The position numbers and the translations under genes are program-made. The notes under the pieces are model-generated. The model worked only from the letters and a program-made list of their open reading frames with translations. It made no database searches and was not told the origin of the DNA. DNA of 63,389 nucleotides, filler included, from Octopus bimaculoides (Eukaryota): assembly GCF_001194135.2 (NCBI RefSeq). It is 5 parts of 4 records of this genome, joined end to end, with 100 filler letters (N's around TTAATTAATTAA, not from the genome) between each part and the next. Parts side by side here need not be neighbours in the genome. Positions count along the whole stretch, not along the records: positions 25,638 to 40,087 come from NC_068981.1; positions 40,188 to 57,232 come from NC_068983.1; 3 more parts are not named here. One strand, given 5' to 3'. Position 1 is the first letter of the stretch. Each line of letters starts with the position of its first letter. Of the stretch, positions 36,882 to 49,140 are shown piece by piece.

Positions 36882-37559
36882 TATATCATTCCGAATCTGA
36901 TCTATTTGTTGGTCTAGCTTTATGATACATGTTGCATCTATTGGTTTATATATATCCTGCTTGTGTTTACTGATCTATATTATCTCGCCTGCTGTGTTTA
37001 TTAACTTTGTTCTCCGTTATTTGTATGTCTATTTTCCTCCATTGTGTCGTGTCTTTTAGTCTATTCTTCTAGCATTTGTCTATCATTTTGGAGCCCATCC
37101 ATTCTTTTTACATTACATGCACCCATTTTCTAGGTATCAAACATTTCTTGTTACCAATCATGCTTGCTTGTTTAGTTTTCTAACAGTTCGTTCTAACTGC
37201 TTGCTTATGATATATTAGAAAGGGTTCAATCGCCATAGTCTGATATTGGTTCTGATAAACTGTTGCCGTAAATCTATAGGTAGCAGTAAAAATTAGAAGA
37301 TAGATGTCTCTTTTATGAATATTTAGTCAGAAAATAAGATGAATTGTCAGGAAGTGTGAAATGTGGAAGGACAAAATACCTTGTGGTTTACAGGCGTCAC
37401 TTGATTTTCTGATCATATATTCTTACGCGGTGGGGATTTTCTCTTTTATTCCTTTGACATCAATGGAATAGATAGATGTCAAATATTTGGTTCGAATAAA
37501 TCTACGATATACCTTCCTAAAATTTAGTGTGTCTCTCAGAAATCTTTATTAATTAGCCG

Positions 37560-37712
37560 ACGGAAGATCAAAGTACCAGTACTTCTTTTATGTATCCCGA
37601 AAGTATGACAAGTAAAGTCGACCTTGGATGAATATTAATTCAGAAAGTGAAGAGCAGAAGGTAATGCGGCAAAGTTTTTTTTTCCAAAGTTCTAACGATT
37701 TTGTCAGGTGCA
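37560..37712 (-). mobile_element. Degenerate SINE family A
   Basis: CCCGAAAGTATGACAAGTAAAGTCGACCTTGG...CTAACGATTTTGTCAG. Confidence 0.6.
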
Positions 37713-37754
37713 GCTACAACTTCTCAATAATAAGAATAATAATGTTAATAATAA

Positions 37755-37755
37755 C

Positions 37756-37808
<53 letters not shown>

Positions 37809-38049
37809 TAGTAGCAGTAGTAGTAATGATGATGGTGGTGGTGGTGATGAAATTTCTTCATTTCAGAATTCAAACGTTCTTGTTCCTTTCTTATTTTCTT
37901 TCTCATTATTATTTTTTCTCATTATTCCCTTTATATATAAAAATATTACCATCATAATGGTATTTAAAATACTACTACTACTGCTGCTGCTACTGCCACT
38001 GCTGCTGCTGCTGTTTCTGCTGCTGCTGTTCCTGCTGTTCCTGCCGCTA

Positions 38050-38084
<35 letters not shown>

Positions 38085-38185
38085 NNNNNNNNNNGGTATT
38101 TAAAATACTACTACTACTGCTGCTGCTACTGCCACTGCTGCTGCTGCTGTTTCTGCTGCTGCTGTTCCTGCTGTTCCTGCCGCTA

Positions 38186-38229
<44 letters not shown>

Positions 38230-38715
38230 ACTACTACTACTACTACTACTGCAATAAATAATAATAATAATAAGTACAACAATAACGATAAAGTAGAATA
38301 TAAATAAAAAAACAACGGAATAAGGAAAAATGTATTTAAAAATGAAACAATGAAAATGAAAATTTAACGTGTAAAATGCAAATATAAGAAAAAATATTAT
38401 GTTAAATACGATACAAACCAAAAAAAAGAAAAACACCAAGCCAGCAATTAAAATACAATGACAACAACAACAAAAAAAAAAAAGAGAAACGAAATTATTG
38501 GAAGGAAAACTGGAATAAATCAGATAGTAGAATACACTGGTACAGGATTGATTTCAGCTTTGCAAGAAGAATATGAAATGTTTGCGGGCAACGTAAATTA
38601 AATTTTAAAAATATTATTCATAACGATAAGAATAACATTTTGAATGCTATAAGAATAAAATGATAATATTAAAAGAATATATAACAACACCAATAATGAT
38701 AATAATAACAACAAA

Positions 38716-38779
<64 letters not shown>

Positions 38780-38781
38780 AA

Positions 38782-38822
<41 letters not shown>
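37755..38822. repeat. (TAG)n, (CTA/CTG)n and (TAA)n low-complexity field
   Basis: Direct inspection. Confidence 0.9.
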
Positions 38823-38824
<2 letters not shown>

Positions 38825-39081
38825 TTATAAGCAATTATGCGACATTCTAACTCGATTAAAACATAATTAAGCGACTACTTAAACTTGTAAAAATATTTTG
38901 TAGTATTGTCATTCATTTAGTTGTAATTTATTGTTTTTTTTGTTATATGTTCATTGTTATTTCTTTGTATGTTTTGTTTTAATATTGCATTTATTTATTA
39001 TCTATTTATTTATTTTATGTATTTTTTTTTTTTTNNNNNNNNNNNNNNNNNNNNNNNNNNNNNNNNNNNNNNNNNNTGAAT

Positions 39082-39141
<60 letters not shown>

Positions 39142-39270
39142 TCTCTCACACACACACACACACACTCACTCACTCACACACACACACATATATATTGATG
39201 TATAAGTGTACATGCATATAAATATGCACATACACATTCATACATGCACACACATATGTGTGTTTGTGTA

Positions 39271-39301
<31 letters not shown>

Positions 39302-39972
39302 TTCTTCGTGTTTCTGTGGTTTTGTTTGTTTACCTTTGTGTGCAACTATGTTGTTTGTAAAAGTGTGTGAATGTTTTGTTTTTTTTTAATGAAAAACAAC
39401 AAAATAAAACACAAGAGAAAAATACAAAAAGGAACTATTAACGACAAATTGTAAACGATAAAAATCTTAATTGACATTAGTAGCTTGTATTTAAATAAAA
39501 TATTTCTTCTAAAATAAATACATTTGCTGTTCTTGTTCTTGTTAATGGTTTGCTTTTTCCAAAAATTTAGACTTCACTAATGATTGTTTTAATTTTTTAA
39601 AACCATTTTTTATAATTTCAGTGTATGTGAATGACAAAACTTTGCTGACGTTTGCTGTTAACATGTGTTGTTACATTTTAATTTCGCATTCATTTTGCCT
39701 TAGTTGTTAATCTAAGCACATGGACATACAGATGCATACGCGCATACAAACATCTCTGTATGTAGAGATTATATTAATATATATATATATATATATGCGC
39801 GTATCTATGTATGTATGTATGTATGTATGTATGTATGTATGTATGTATGTATGTATGTGTGTGTGTATGTATGTATGTATGTATGTATATACATATATAT
39901 ATATGTGATTAATCGCTGACCAAACCATTCAATTTTTTTTCTCCGTGTTTTTCTCCTTGTTTTTCTCCTTAT

Positions 39973-40009
39973 TCTTTCTGTTGAAGAGCGTAGCTCGAAA
40001 CGTTAAAGA
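39973..40009 (+). ncRNA. Minimal type-I hammerhead-like motif (core variant CUGUUGA)
   Basis: Stem I TCTTT/AAAGA, core CTGTTGA, stem II GAGC-gta-GCTC, GAAA, and a palindromic stem III ACGT. Confidence 0.5.
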
Positions 40010-40087
40010 CTTTCTGTATTCCGGAGCGTTAAACTAATACATCCTTTTGTTGTTTACACCACCTGTCCTCGTCTGTTGTTTTTTTTT

Positions 40088-40187
40088 NNNNNNNNNNNNN
40101 NNNNNNNNNNNNNNNNNNNNNNNNNNNNNNNTTAATTAATTAANNNNNNNNNNNNNNNNNNNNNNNNNNNNNNNNNNNNNNNNNNNN
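40088..40187. other. Artificial scaffold spacer
   Basis: 44 N + TTAATTAATTAA + 44 N. Confidence 0.95.
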
Positions 40188-40385
40188 GTGCGGGTGACAC
40201 GTAAAAGCACCCACTACACTCTCTGAGTGGTTGGCGTTAGGAAGGGCATCCAGCTGTAGAAACTCTGCCAAATCAGACTGGAGCCTGGTGTTGCCATCCG
40301 GTTTCACCAGTCCTCAGTCAAATCGTCCAACCCATGCTAGCATGGAAAGCGGACGTTAAACGATGATGATGATGATGATGATGAT
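40188..40385 (+). mobile_element. Young RTE-type 3' tail (RTE 3' end or RTE-dependent SINE) with (GAT)n tail
   Basis: Homologous to the 3' UTR of the RTE at 54250-54450 (TTGGCGTTAGGAAGGGCATCC...CATGGAAAGCGGACGTTAAACGATGATG). Confidence 0.85.
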
Positions 40386-40469
40386 GGCTGCACATGTATG
40401 TGTGAGAAAGATAAAAAGATATTTGAGAAAAGTTGTATAGGTATACTGATCATTCCAATTGACACTCAC

Positions 40470-40541
40470 GAGTTCACTGTCTGTGTAACACTAGCACCAT
40501 CTTCAGGGAGGAACCTTTCTGACTTTGAGGTGGAATCTTTC
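40470..40541 (-). CDS. Candidate 72-nt exon (phase 2-2), probably the same gene as the giant exon
   Basis: Acceptor CTTCCTGTTCATTACTAATAG|, open frame KIPPQSQKGSSPEDGASVTQTVN, donor CTC|GTGAGT. Confidence 0.45.
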
Positions 40542-42039
40542 TATTAGTAATGAACAGGAAGACATATATATATTAAAGATAAACAGGTAGATGTGTAGAT
40601 GAATGATAAACAAATATGTGCTAATGAGTAACAAATAAATCATCTGCCTGTTCATGATGAACTACTAAATAATCCAAATACTATCACTAAATATTAGCAA
40701 GATGAAGTAAAGAAGAAACAGAGTTTCATGTTACATTTTACAATTTACAATTGATTTTTTTTACTCAATGCATACTAAGTTATTTATAAATTACACAGTA
40801 CATTGGTTAATTAAACATTACCTAATATATGAGTAACTAAAATATTTATACATTACATAATGGATATCTGATTTAGTGAAATATCTATACATCTAATATT
40901 TCAGTTAAGGTTATATTGATACAAGACCTAATCCATTTATTAATATATTTTTAAATAACTTATTCTGTGTGATTATGTTATATATATAGATTACATTATA
41001 TATATGTTACAAACTATTTAAAATAGACTAGTGTAATATTGAGAACCAAGACAGGCAGCTCTCACACACAAATATAAATATAAATTGTATTGGATCTGTT
41101 AGTATTGTAGGGATTTGAATCCTATCTGCAAGATACTCAGTTAGGGGTCATGAGTGAGCCACCACGGTTTCACATTATTAATCTATAAATTGACCAATCA
41201 GCATGAAGTTGTGGCATGATTTGGCTCCTCAGATGTTCTAGAATTCACTCCCTTTTCATGCCGCAGAAACCAGATGGTGCCTTACTAATCCAGGCAGCCT
41301 TGCACATTTGTGCAGACAGTCTCAGATATTTGCGTAGACCACCTTGGGTACTCACAGAAGGCAGACTGCTAAGACCAGACCATCTTCGGCACTCAGACAG
41401 ACCACCTTGAGCAAGAAACAACTTTGTACCACAGCTAGCCTTCTACAAGACACAGCTCAGTTCTCTTCTCCCAGTTGGCAGTTATATTGTCAGCATCTTT
41501 CTTTTGTAAACAGCCAACATAGTAAATCACATACAGCAATAAATATCTTAAAAGTCAAAAGTTTGTGAGTTTGCTTCAGACAAAGCAACCTCTTGACAGT
41601 ATCCAATAAAACCCAACCATCACCCTTTCTGTGCAACAAAAAAATTACTCCTTCTCCACAAAGGCACCCATTATTGACGTCCGTCACTACCTCATACCCT
41701 TGCCAATTCTCTCTCTCTCTCTCTCTCTCTCTCACCCATGTAGCAGCTCTGATTTCCATAGCTCAAAGTCCTGACTGTCTCTTCACTGCACTCTCACCCT
41801 AATCCCTATTTCTCCTATCATACTCTCACTCGAGCATTATCTCTCTGCCATTACTCCCTCCTCTAACACCTTTTGACCCCAATCACTGTTTCTCCCATCA
41901 TACCCTCACTCTTTCATGCACATAACCTACTTTTTTCTCTCTCACTTTCTTGTTCACCCTCTTGGTTATATTTTCTTAAATAAGCACACTGTAAAGCAGT
42001 GAGGACTCTTTAGTCTTGTGAAGTACAAGGCAATCTCGC

Positions 42040-42375
42040 TATTGCTAGTGTCATGATAAAATGCACCCAGTACACTCTGTAAAGTGGTTTACAAATGAGC
42101 GTAGATAACATAAGATAAAATCAAGAGATGTCTTTAGTTTGGCTAAAGATCAACCTCTCAAGTGTTAGTGGTACAATGAAATGCATTCAGTATACTTTGT
42201 ACAGTGGTTGGGGTTATAAAGGGCATCCAGACAGAAAACATATCAAAGATGGAATGCTCAAGCAAGTATATCATCCTCCAGCCCATTTAGGAGGGCAGTA
42301 ATTTCAAATAAGAGCTAATTTGGACTGTGACAAGCCATGCAACCTATGCCAGCATGGAAAACTGGCTTAATGATG
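42040..42375 (+). mobile_element. Old, CpG-decayed copies of the RTE-type 3' tail
   Basis: GTGGTTGGGGTTATAAAGGGCATCCAG and CAACCTATGCCAGCATGGAAAAC. Confidence 0.6.
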
Positions 42376-42534
42376 TTGAAGGTGGTGGTGGTAGTGGTGC
42401 TTGTGTTAGTGCTAATGCTGGTGGTGGTGGTGGTGATGATGATGATGACAACATTAGCACCGATGATGATCATGATGAGGATGACAATACATATACATAC
42501 ACTCACAAATGTAAACAGTTACACACAGACACAC

Positions 42535-42563
42535 TTCTATTTCAAACTGTCTACTCAATGCAC
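42535..42563 (-). CDS. Candidate 29-nt microexon (ALSRQFEIE)
   Basis: Branch-like CCTAAC and the acceptor TTTTGTTCTGTTGCAG|G. Possible donor GAA|GTGTGT. In frame with the giant exon through an 81-nt GT-AG intron. Confidence 0.4.
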
Positions 42564-42644
42564 CTGCAACAGAACAAAAGTTAGGACAAATAATATACAA
42601 GCAAAAACATTTAGCTCTAGTCTGTCTTTTTATAAGAGTTTTAC

Positions 42645-44925
42645 TTGCCTTTTCTAAATGTGTATCCTTTGAAGTCTCTGTGAAATTGTTGGGAATGAAA
42701 TTTACTTTGATAGATGAACTTTTTTGAGCATATTTCTCACAGTCTTTAGTCTCTTCACCAATGCAAGCTTGATTTTCAACAACCTGCGAATCCTTTGGTT
42801 TGGGATGAGTCACCTCTGCATCACCCACATATTCCTTAGATTTAAAGTGATTTTTTGTTGGAGAACTTACACCTGGAAAACTCTCTGAAGTAGAATTCAG
42901 ATGACATGTTTGATCTTGGGTCAAAGACAATTTCTCTCTTTTACAGGGTGAAAAAGACGAAGTATGATTGTTGATATTTTCCTTATTTATTTCCAGTTTC
43001 TCAGTAGTCAACCCCAAATCTGACTTTTGATTACAGCTACTCACAGAATTTTCTTTTGAAATTTCTTGTTTATTTGATTTTCTGTTGTTAGAAAATGTCA
43101 CCTGTGACGCCTTTTCAGACCAATGTGAGTTCTTTTTGTTTTGATTAATTATAGGAAAACTTTTGTCTGAAGGCATTTCTAAATTTTTGTTAGTATGATG
43201 ATTCTTATTAACTTTAGAGGCAGAGGTAATTTTAGCTTCATTAGTATTAGAAATTCTCAAAGGATCAATTGTTTTCAGCTCATTAGAAGACTCACTCTCA
43301 GAATGAAGATTACCAACATTTTTGTTTAATATTCCAGATGTAGTTATTTCAGACTCAGTAAACTGAGGTACTTCTCCACTTATCTCTTCTATATGATTGC
43401 TGAAGTGAACTTTGTGGGTTTGATGAGGCTTTAGTGCCACCTCAGATCTAAAATTGGCTGGGTCACTGTTTGTTGTTACTTCTCTCCCTGATCTTGGTTT
43501 ACCAGGGACAGTTTTGTTGACTTTAGCTTTTAATGAGACTTCTATTTTTGGTTCTATCTTAGCAGAATCAATATGATGGGCATTATAATTTGGTATTTCT
43601 TTTCTGTTGGAACCAGATTTAGTTGGGTCAGAACTGTGGTCTTTGCAATCTGGAGTTATTTCTGCTTTTGATATAGGCTTACTGTGGACAGTGTTGTGAA
43701 TCTTATTTTTTGGTATTACTTTTATTTCTAGTTTTGATTCAACAGAATCAATATGGTGGGCATTACAATTTGGCATTACTTCTGTCTCTGAAGTCAATTT
43801 AATAGGGTCAGTGCTGTGATCATTGTCATCTGATGACACCTCGATTTTTGAATCACAGGCTGTATTGTGGGTATCACTGCTTGGCATTACTTCTGTCTCT
43901 GGTTTAGATTTAACAGAATCAGTGTGGGGTATATTATTATTTAGCATTACCTCTGTTTCTGATTTGGGTATAGTGGGATCGATGTTGTGGGTAGAATTAT
44001 TTAGGATGTTTTCCCTCTCTAATAAGAAGTCTTCATGGTCAAAATGGGAAATAGAATTATTATTGACATTAATGACATTAAGAACTTCTGTGTCTTCTTC
44101 CACTTCAAGTTTAACATGATCAGTGTTTTGAATCTCCTTTACTTCTGGGTTGAGTTCAGCCAAGGTTTGGTCAGTCTGATGGTTTAATACTTTCGCTGTA
44201 TTTGGCGTCAGATTTATCTGGTCATTATCCTTACTGGCTGAGATTCCTTCAGTTTCTGGTCTCAATTTAGTCAGGTCTTTCTGATCATCACTGCAGTCCA
44301 GGTCTTTCCTTATATCTAGTTCTTCTCTAGACTGTTCATTCTTATGATAATCATTCTTTGATATTTCCTCCTCCTCTATCCCATCAGTGTGTGAAACATT
44401 TCTACATGAGATTCTCTCTATTTCTGGCCTGAGTTTAGGTAGATCAGAATGAATATCAACTTTGTTCAAGTCATTTTCTACTCCTTGCCTGATGTTGGAC
44501 TGATCAGTAATTTTGTCTTTATTCAAAACTTTCTCTGACCTCCAAAGGAACTGGTCACTAATATTTTCAGTTTTCTCAATCTCTGGTCTAATTTTGGACA
44601 GAGCAGTATGAGAACTACTGTTGTTTTGTATTTTCTCTTCTTCTAGTTTGTGTTTAGTTGGATCAGTGTGTTGGTCACCAATATCCAAGGTTTTCTCCCT
44701 CTCAGGCCAAAGTTTGAAATGGTCAGTGTGGTCACCACTTTTGTTCAAAACTTCCTCTAATTCAGAACTGACTCGAGGTTGGTCAGTGTGATGATACCCA
44801 GTGCTTTCTAATTTACTGTACATACTGCCACTCTGATGGAATACACTTGATACAAATTCTTCCTTTCCTTTTACTTCTTGAACCTCAGGTAAGATAGACT
44901 GCAGTTTGGAGTCTTTCTGTTTAAA
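42645..44925 (-). CDS. Giant internal exon (~760 aa) of an unidentified host gene; repetitive, probably disordered S/E/K/N/D/H/T-rich protein
   Basis: Stop-free frame of about 2.5 kb in AT-rich DNA. Acceptor TTGTTTCTTGTTACTCATCCATTTCAG| at 44926 (phase 0). Donors AAG|GCAAGT (42649/42648) or CAA|GTAAAA (42645/42644). Confidence 0.8.
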
Positions 44926-45351
44926 CTGAAATGGATGAGTAACAAGAAACAATGATTGAGTTTAAATTGAGACAGGTGAGAGGGGTGAAAGGGTGAAGAA
45001 GAAAGGTGGCATGTTTAGAGAGTTACAAACAAAACTTTAAAAAAGGGAAGAGACAGAGAGAGAGGCAGTTAGACATATCAGTTATAAATATATGTATGAA
45101 TGCAGTTGGTGGTGAGGGTGTAGAAGAGTTATAATTAGCTTAAAGCATTGTGGAATATGAAAAATGAGTGTTTTAGGAAGCTGCTACGATGCCACTGGAG
45201 CTATATGTATCAAAGCAACAATGACAATGAGATTATAATGCTACCTGGAAAAAATAATTTGTTCCTTATATTTTTTATGCACAGAAATGTAAAAGACTGG
45301 ATATTTAATTCACTCTCATGTCCTTAAGCACCAGTTCTTCATCCATGATAA

Positions 45352-45409
<58 letters not shown>

Positions 45410-45744
45410 TGTGTGTATGTGTGTGTATGTATGCGTGTATGTTTGATGTTACAACTTTCTCCCATCCTCTGCTACATTATATATACATACATACATACAN
45501 NNNNNNNNNTATATATATATATAATGTAGAAGAAGATGAGAAAAAGTTATCACATCTCCTGTAAGATTTGATTACCACATCTGCTACAAAATATATACGA
45601 GTAGCTGTGTTAACCACTATACCAAAGTAGCATTACAACTTTGATCATTCACATGAAGATACTTTAAGTAGTTTGCAATCTATCAATGAGAATTTCAGTC
45701 CACACAGTATCAAAGTATGATGTTTTATATATATATATATATAT

Positions 45745-45945
45745 ATATAAAACAGAGTTTGTGTGTGTGTGTGTGTGTGCGTGTGTGTGCACATATGCTC
45801 CTTATGGATTCAGAACCTGAGTTGCCGATTTTGACGCATGAGATATCAAAAAATCCAGTAATCTTTTGGCTATCAAATAAAGTATGTTTTTTGCACAACA
45901 ACTCTTTTTTACTACAAAAATAACCTCGGAAACAACGTCGGGTCA
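45745..45945 (+). mobile_element. Non-autonomous Helitron/Helentron-like (DINE/HINE-type) element
   Basis: ATATATAAAACAGAG + (TG)n + GCCGATTTTGACG, and a 3' hairpin-like CCTCGGAAACAACGTCGGGTC. Confidence 0.45.
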
Positions 45946-46139
45946 CACAATTTTGATGTCTTTAGCTAAGGGAGACAACTCTCCCTGAACAATTTTTATA
46001 TCTTACATAGAGCATATTGAGAAAATGTTTAAAATACATGGAGTTTTACCAAGGAATGAAACTTCAAAGATATACCACCAACTTTATTAGTTTTATCTAG
46101 TAAATAATCTTTTAATGTGAAGTATGTTTGTCTGTGTTT

Positions 46140-46310
46140 TGTTTAACCCAGAGTTGCCTCTGATGTAGCAGACCCATCGCATACATTTTTTTTTTCTTTT
46201 CTTCCTGAAATACTGTAAATCTGTGCCTTTCTTTTGATAAAAGGGTGTGTTTTAAGAGAGATTTGACTGCTATTCGTAGTAGCTCAAGTTACCACAGAGA
46301 CACCTCTGTG
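46140..46310 (+). repeat. Unclassified interspersed repeat (family C); related pieces at about 415-470 and 35900-36060
   Basis: Shared motif GAGAGATTTG(G/A)CTGCTATT(T)CTAG in three diverged copies. Confidence 0.45.
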
Positions 46311-46744
46311 TGCATGTATGTGTGTTTTGTTGTGGTGAAAAAAACACTTTTTCTCAGAACATTTTTTGCACAATAATTTTTAAAGAAATCTGAACATCTT
46401 TCTTACTGCTAACTTCAAATTACAATTGTTAATTGTTAGAAGTCAAGTAGACAGAGATGTACATATAGTGTTATGGTATAAACTGGAAGTTCAATACAAA
46501 GTTTTGAACTCATTATCTTGCGGTTAGTAATCCATTACCTTAAATTTGAAGCCATTAAGTCTTCAAATATTATTTTACTGATGGGGTATTGCCTTCAAAA
46601 ATTTAATTGATCATACTGACTTTAGTAAATATTTCAATCTGGTATTTATCTTATAGATCTCTGCTTGATGAACTTTGAGACATAGTGGGACACAATACTC
46701 GATTTAACAACAAATGTAAACACACACACATATTAAGTGCAAGA

Positions 46745-46860
46745 ATGACTGTGTGGTTGAGAAGTTTGCTTCCCAACCACATAGTTCCACAGTGTTTTCT
46801 ATTATAGCCTTAGATCAACCACAGACTTGTGACTGAATTTGGTAGACAGAAACTGCAGTG
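46745..46860 (+). mobile_element. SINE family B, CpG-decayed
   Basis: GACTGTGTGGTTGAGAAGTTTGCTTCCCAACCACATAG...GGTAGACAGAAACTG (GACGG in other copies). Confidence 0.7.
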
Positions 46861-46899
46861 TTGTTCATTAGAGAATGACCAAAAAACATGCTTATAAAG

Positions 46900-47014
46900 A
46901 AGAGTTGTTTGCTTCATAACCCTTGTGTGCCGATTCTACCCATGAGAAAGGAACAAGTAATACAATGTGGCTGTGGGTCATAACACCCAGGCAACACCAG
47001 GGTGCATTGCTAGT
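46900..47014 (+). mobile_element. Helitron-like 3' end
   Basis: Hairpin CCCAGG-CAACA-CCAGGG followed by CTAG|T at 47010-47014. Confidence 0.5.
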
Positions 47015-47482
47015 ACATATATATATATATATATAAATATATATACCAAGCATTCTCAATGAGGGCAAAAATTTAGCTGAGTAGAGGGATAATTTGTGAC
47101 AAACAAATGGATATATATTTTCTAAAAACTTTATATAAATGTAAGCTTTCATAAGTAATTATATTTTATGATGGCAGGTTAAAAACTGGCCATGTATTCA
47201 TACACTTACATATGACTAATGTAATGAAATGAAATTTGAGGAAAATAGTACCATAGGGGAATATTATAAATAATAAGGGTATGACACTTACCTAAAGAGT
47301 ATTTTTTAAAAAATTCCTCCTGCATATGGAGGAACATAAAACAACAAGGTAATCTCCAAGCATCAGTATCTTTATCTTTAAAGGAATTTTAAGTTGCCTT
47401 TTTTTTCCTTTTTCTTTTTTTTATGAAATTGAAAGTAGCAGACTGTATTATTTAGGTCATTTACAATTAGTTGAGATATTTT

Positions 47483-49140
47483 GGATCTTTTCTGTTTGGC
47501 TTTCACTTTTCAATTCCTTTCTGATTCCAATTGATTTCCATTTCTTTCAATTACAATTGATTTCAAATTTGGTGTAGTGATGTAGTTTTGTATGCTAATT
47601 ATGGAAATGAAATTTATTCTGGCCATAAATTAATAAACAAAAAGTTAATAGCTTTTAAACTTTGCAAATGTAATTTTAGCCAATCGAAAGCTAGTGGCAT
47701 ATTGGTGTCTGTTCCCATAGCAACAAACCATCAGTTGCTGTTCTAATAATCTGCTTTCCATCCACGTGAAATTTGCCATCTACATTTTTTTGAGAAACGG
47801 ATGGATATTTTCAGTTGTTTTCCTGTTTTTACTCATCTGTTACTATCCTGATAATCTGTGTATTTCTGAGAAACAAATAGATATTTTTGGTTGTGTTTTC
47901 TTGAATGTTTTGAACCAAAATAGAAGTATGACCACAGCCAACTCATGCAATATTTCATATATGATGGAGAAATTAAAAACTGACAACAATGCTGCTTCTT
48001 ACTTGCAAGAAAAGGGTGTTATCCCTTAAAGGAAATTATGCACACAAAAAGTATGAAGAAAAAGATTCTTGGTGGGAACATTTACAGGCAGTGCTTCCAA
48101 AATGGAAGATACATGGTTGGAAGGTGCCACCCTTCCTCTTAGTACTGTGTTTCCTTTACTCAAGAAATTGACTTCAGTCCAGTTTTATGGAGATGAGCCA
48201 TTGCACAGCTGTTGATAACAACAGCTATGTTAATGAAATATCTGCAAAGGACCTGCTCTGCAATCCAATTCAGATTGGCGGTCCTGAGAAGATTGTTGAT
48301 ATAAACAAAACAGTCTTCTCAAGATGTAATTACAACCAAGGAAGGGTCCTACCTGTGCAGAGTGTATTTGGAGAAATGTACCGTGAGACCAGACATGTTT
48401 TTCTTTATGCAGTGCCATGTCAGAATCGTGACACACTGGAGAAATGCCTACTCTCACATTCCTGAAATGGATGGTTATAATTTTCGATATACAACAGTGA
48501 ACTACAGTGTTGAGTTTATTAACTCAAAAAAAGGTACCCACCTGCAACAAATGGAAAGCACGTGGACCTCTGTAAAATGAAGTAATAAACGACACTGTGA
48601 CACTTACCATTCTATGGTTGACTCATATCTCTGTGAGTTTTTGTGGTGCAGGAGTTACAAAAATTGTAATTTGATAAACTCCTAGAGTGCATTGCAAAAT
48701 TTTGCTTTTGAATTATCACCACAAAATATGTATTGTTTACATAAACTGAACTACAGTTTGTTTTTAGTAATTTAACATTCAATTTGCTTGTTTCTTTTTG
48801 TAAATTTCAGCAAAGAAAAAAATTTCATTGAGAATCTTTCCTTTTTCTTGCTATTTACTTGCCTGTTCCAACAGTTCACATTATTTATTCATTAAAATTT
48901 ATTAAAAATTTCATCGTTGAATGTTTTGTCATTGTAATGTTGTCATCATGCACAAAATGCCAGCTTCCAAATCCTGTTTTCTGATTGTTACCCAAAACTT
49001 TAAGCCCCTGTAGCATTTTTAAAAACAAAATTTCTGGAACAAGTGAATAACATCAGAATCAGCATGAAAGATTGCATTAATTTGAAATTTTTCCCTTAAC
49101 TTTAAAATTTCAACAAGTGAAAGCCAAACAGAAAAGATCT
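47483..49140 (+). mobile_element. Merlin (IS1595/ISXO2-type) DNA transposon with both TIRs and 8-bp TSD; transposase decayed
   Basis: 25-bp perfect TIRs at 47484-47508 and 49115-49139. TSD GATATTTT at 47475-47482 and 49141-49148. Motifs IQIGGPEKIVDINKTVFSRCNYNQGRV, FLYAVP, TVNYSVEF...GTHLQQMESTW and DSYLCEFLW. Confidence 0.9.

Noticed and set aside
37956-38220. Duplicated (CTA/CTG) block
   Set aside because: It flanks a 10-N gap, so it is an assembly artefact.
43823-44119. 98-aa plus-strand ORF
   Set aside because: It is the antisense shadow of the repetitive giant exon.
45170-46600. Additional minus-strand exons upstream of the giant exon (acceptors near 45245, 45680 and 46590)
   Set aside because: They have stops in all frames or weak splice sites, and cannot be distinguished from chance in AT-rich intron.
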